Part shown: positions 46,725 to 48,841 of the stretch, one piece after another
How positions within the stretch are numbered: the stretch's first letter is position 1
Layout: each line of letters begins with the position of its first letter
Source: Chthonomonadaceae bacterium
Lineage (GTDB): Bacteria > Armatimonadota > Chthonomonadetes > Chthonomonadales > Chthonomonadaceae
Direction: 5' to 3'
DNA: 48,841 bases
NCBI GenBank assembly: GCA_035650735.1
Contig: DASRGZ010000133.1
Location: 1-48,841, forward strand
Notes under the pieces: generated by a model
Seen by the model: the letters and a program-made list of their open reading frames with translations, nothing else
Databases searched by the model: none
Told to the model about the DNA's origin: nothing
Position numbers and translations under genes: made by a program

Positions 46725-48632
46725 ATGCCTGTCTTGCCTGATATTCGCATACGTCCTCAAAAATCGTTCCTGCTTCGGCTTCCTCCCTTGCTTTTACCGG
46801 CCTTATTGCTGGGCGCGGGATTGGCGCGCGGCGCGGATACGCCGCCAGCGGCCTCGAAACAGGCGGCCTATGAAAAACAGATACGCCCGGCGCTACAGCA
46901 GTTCTGCGTGGGCTGTCACGGCGGGCCTAAGCCCAGCGGCAGCATTAACCTGGCTGCGTTCGCGGATGTGACGGCCATTCAGCGCGATCAGGCCACCTGG
47001 CGGAAAGTCCTGACGCAGTTGCGCGAGCGGACTATGCCGCCGCGTGGGATGGCCCAGCCGACCGCCGAGCAGCGGGATCGCCTGATCGAGTGGCTGGCGC
47101 ACACGCTTAATAACGCGGATGACAGCCTGCTGCCGCAAAACCCCGGACGGGTTCTTATCCGCCGACTGAGCCGCACCGAATACAACAACACCGTGCGCGA
47201 CCTGTTCGGGATACACTCGAAACCGGCGGATAGCTTCCCGGCGGACGGCGGGGGCGGCGGCGGCTTCGACAACAACGCGGATACTCTCTACGTTCCGCCG
47301 ATCCTGATGGAGCGCTACCTGGAGGCGGCGGGCCAGATCTTGCAGGAGGCCCGTCCTGAGCGCCTCTTCTTTGTCCGGCCCGGCAAGGGAGTCTCCAGGC
47401 GCGAGGCGGCGCGCATGATCCTGGCGCATTTTGCCCTGCGTGCCTATCGGCGGCCCGTCGAAAAGGCGGAGGTAGATCGCCTGATGCGCCTCTACGATCT
47501 TGTCTCCAGGCGGCCGGAGTCCTTTGAAAACGCCGTGAAGTTTGCGCTCAAGGCGGTGCTCATCTCACCCAACTTCCTGTTTCGCGTGGAGAAGGAGCGG
47601 AATACGACCCAACCGTATCGGATCAGCGACTACGAGCTGGCAAGCCGCCTTTCCTACTTCCTGTGGGCCTCCATGCCGGATGAGGAGTTATTTCGGCTGG
47701 CCGGGCAGAACCGCCTGCACGATCCTAGAGTGCTGGATCAGCAGGTGCGGCGTATGCTCCAGAGCCCGAAATCCTACGCGCTGGCGGACAGTTTCGCCGG
47801 GCAGTGGCTGCGGGTGCGCGACCTCTATACCTCCGCCCGGCCTGACCCTCGGCGCTATCCGGGCTTCACGCCCTCGCTGCGCGATGCGATGTACCAGGAG
47901 ACGATAGAGTTCTTCTATTCGCTTCTGCGCGACGATGCCAGTCTGCTCAACCTGTTGGACGCCAATTATACCTATCTTAACGAGGAACTGGCCCGGCACT
48001 ACGGCATTGAGGGCGTACAGGGGCCGAATATGCGGCGGGTCTATCTGACCGACCACCGCCGGGGCGGGGTGCTGACGATGGCGAGCGTGCTGACCCTGAC
48101 CTCCTTTCCGCAGCGCACCAGCCCGGTGCTGCGCGGCAAGTGGGTGCTGGGCGAGATCCTGGGCGCGCCTCCATCGCCGCCGCCGCCTAATGCGGGCGGA
48201 CTGCCTGCCGACGACGCGCCCAAAGAGGGACTGACGTTCCGGCAGCGGCTGGAAAAGCACCGGGAAAAGCCCCAATGCGCTTCCTGTCACAGCCGCATGG
48301 ACCCTATCGGCTTCGGCCTGGAGAACTTCGACGCTATCGGGCGCTGGCGCACCGACATTGGCGGGCAGCCCGTGGACTCTTCCGGCGTGATGGCTACCGG
48401 CGAGAAGTTCAGCGGCCCGGTGGAGTTGAAGCAGCTTCTCTTAAAGCAGAAGGACGAGTTCATTCGCAACCTCACGGAGAAGATGCTGGCCTACGCGCTG
48501 GGGCGCGGCCTGGAACCCTACGACCTTCCCGCCGTACGGAAAATTACGACGGCGGTCGCCACAGACGGATATCGCAGTTCCACGCTCATTCGGGAGATCG
48601 TCAATAGCTATCCTTTCCAATATCGGAAGTGA
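46725..48632 (+). CDS. Planctomycete-type cytochrome c / DUF1587-DUF1592-DUF1588-DUF1585 (PSD) protein
   Basis: CVGCH, RRLSRTEYNNTVRDL, YELASRLSYFLW.SMPD, RTSPVLRGKW, CASCH, GLENFDAIGRWR. Confidence 0.9.
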   Translation: MPVLPDIRIRPQKSFLLRLPPLLLPALLLGAGLARGADTPPAASKQAAYEKQIRPALQQFCVGCHGGPKPSGSINLAAFADVTAIQRDQATWRKVLTQLRERTMPPRGMAQPTAEQRDRLIEWLAHTLNNADDSLLPQNPGRVLIRRLSRTEYNNTVRDLFGIHSKPADSFPADGGGGGGFDNNADTLYVPPILMERYLEAAGQILQEARPERLFFVRPGKGVSRREAARMILAHFALRAYRRPVEKAEVDRLMRLYDLVSRRPESFENAVKFALKAVLISPNFLFRVEKERNTTQPYRISDYELASRLSYFLWASMPDEELFRLAGQNRLHDPRVLDQQVRRMLQSPKSYALADSFAGQWLRVRDLYTSARPDPRRYPGFTPSLRDAMYQETIEFFYSLLRDDASLLNLLDANYTYLNEELARHYGIEGVQGPNMRRVYLTDHRRGGVLTMASVLTLTSFPQRTSPVLRGKWVLGEILGAPPSPPPPNAGGLPADDAPKEGLTFRQRLEKHREKPQCASCHSRMDPIGFGLENFDAIGRWRTDIGGQPVDSSGVMATGEKFSGPVELKQLLLKQKDEFIRNLTEKMLAYALGRGLEPYDLPAVRKITTAVATDGYRSSTLIREIVNSYPFQYRK

Positions 48633-48636
48633 GTAG

Positions 48637-48841
48637 ACCTCACCCCCGATTAAGGCCCCCATCCCCTTACCCACTGCCAGGCGGAGGCCCGAACCATTGT
48701 AGGCCCGACCCTGGCAGTCAGCGGGCCTGGCTAGGCGGAGATCGCCAGGCAGAGCCGCGAACCGTTGAGCGGCGTCCCTGGCAGTCGAGCGAGCGCAGCG
48801 CCGACCCTGGCAGCGCCCCACAGCGGCAGGGTTTAGCCTGC
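48637..48841. repeat. REP-like modular repeat cluster
   Basis: 48733-48787 matches 16906-16960; GCAGCGCCGACCCTGGCAG and CAGCGGCAGGGTTTAGCCTGC match the 24330-24600 modules. Confidence 0.75.

Overview
A 48.8 kb GC-rich bacterial chromosomal window. Gene content suggests Armatimonadota (Chthonomonas-like), but that is an inference. It mixes housekeeping genes (ndk, pepP, dxs, lptF/G-like, pyrE, aspA/fumC family) with carbohydrate-active enzymes (two GH2, a GH18-NodB-GT2 fusion, a GT39/ArnT-type GT), TPR/HEAT/BON membrane proteins, a P450 and three decaying PIN-type toxin-antitoxin loci. The intergenic DNA is rich in small mobile or repeated elements. The standout is 5745-7364, an ECF sigma factor fused to a shortened, catalytically dead F1-ATPase beta (AtpD) homologue, with an internal RBS+ATG at the junction and ndk just downstream. 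Also notable: (1) a 103-bp MITE-like element in two identical copies with their own target duplications, plus a ~71% identical third copy with compensatory stem changes; (2) a candidate type I toxin-antitoxin locus at ~38870-39190 with a structured leader, a small hydrophobic peptide and an antisense promoter. No rRNA, tRNA or CRISPR array was seen.
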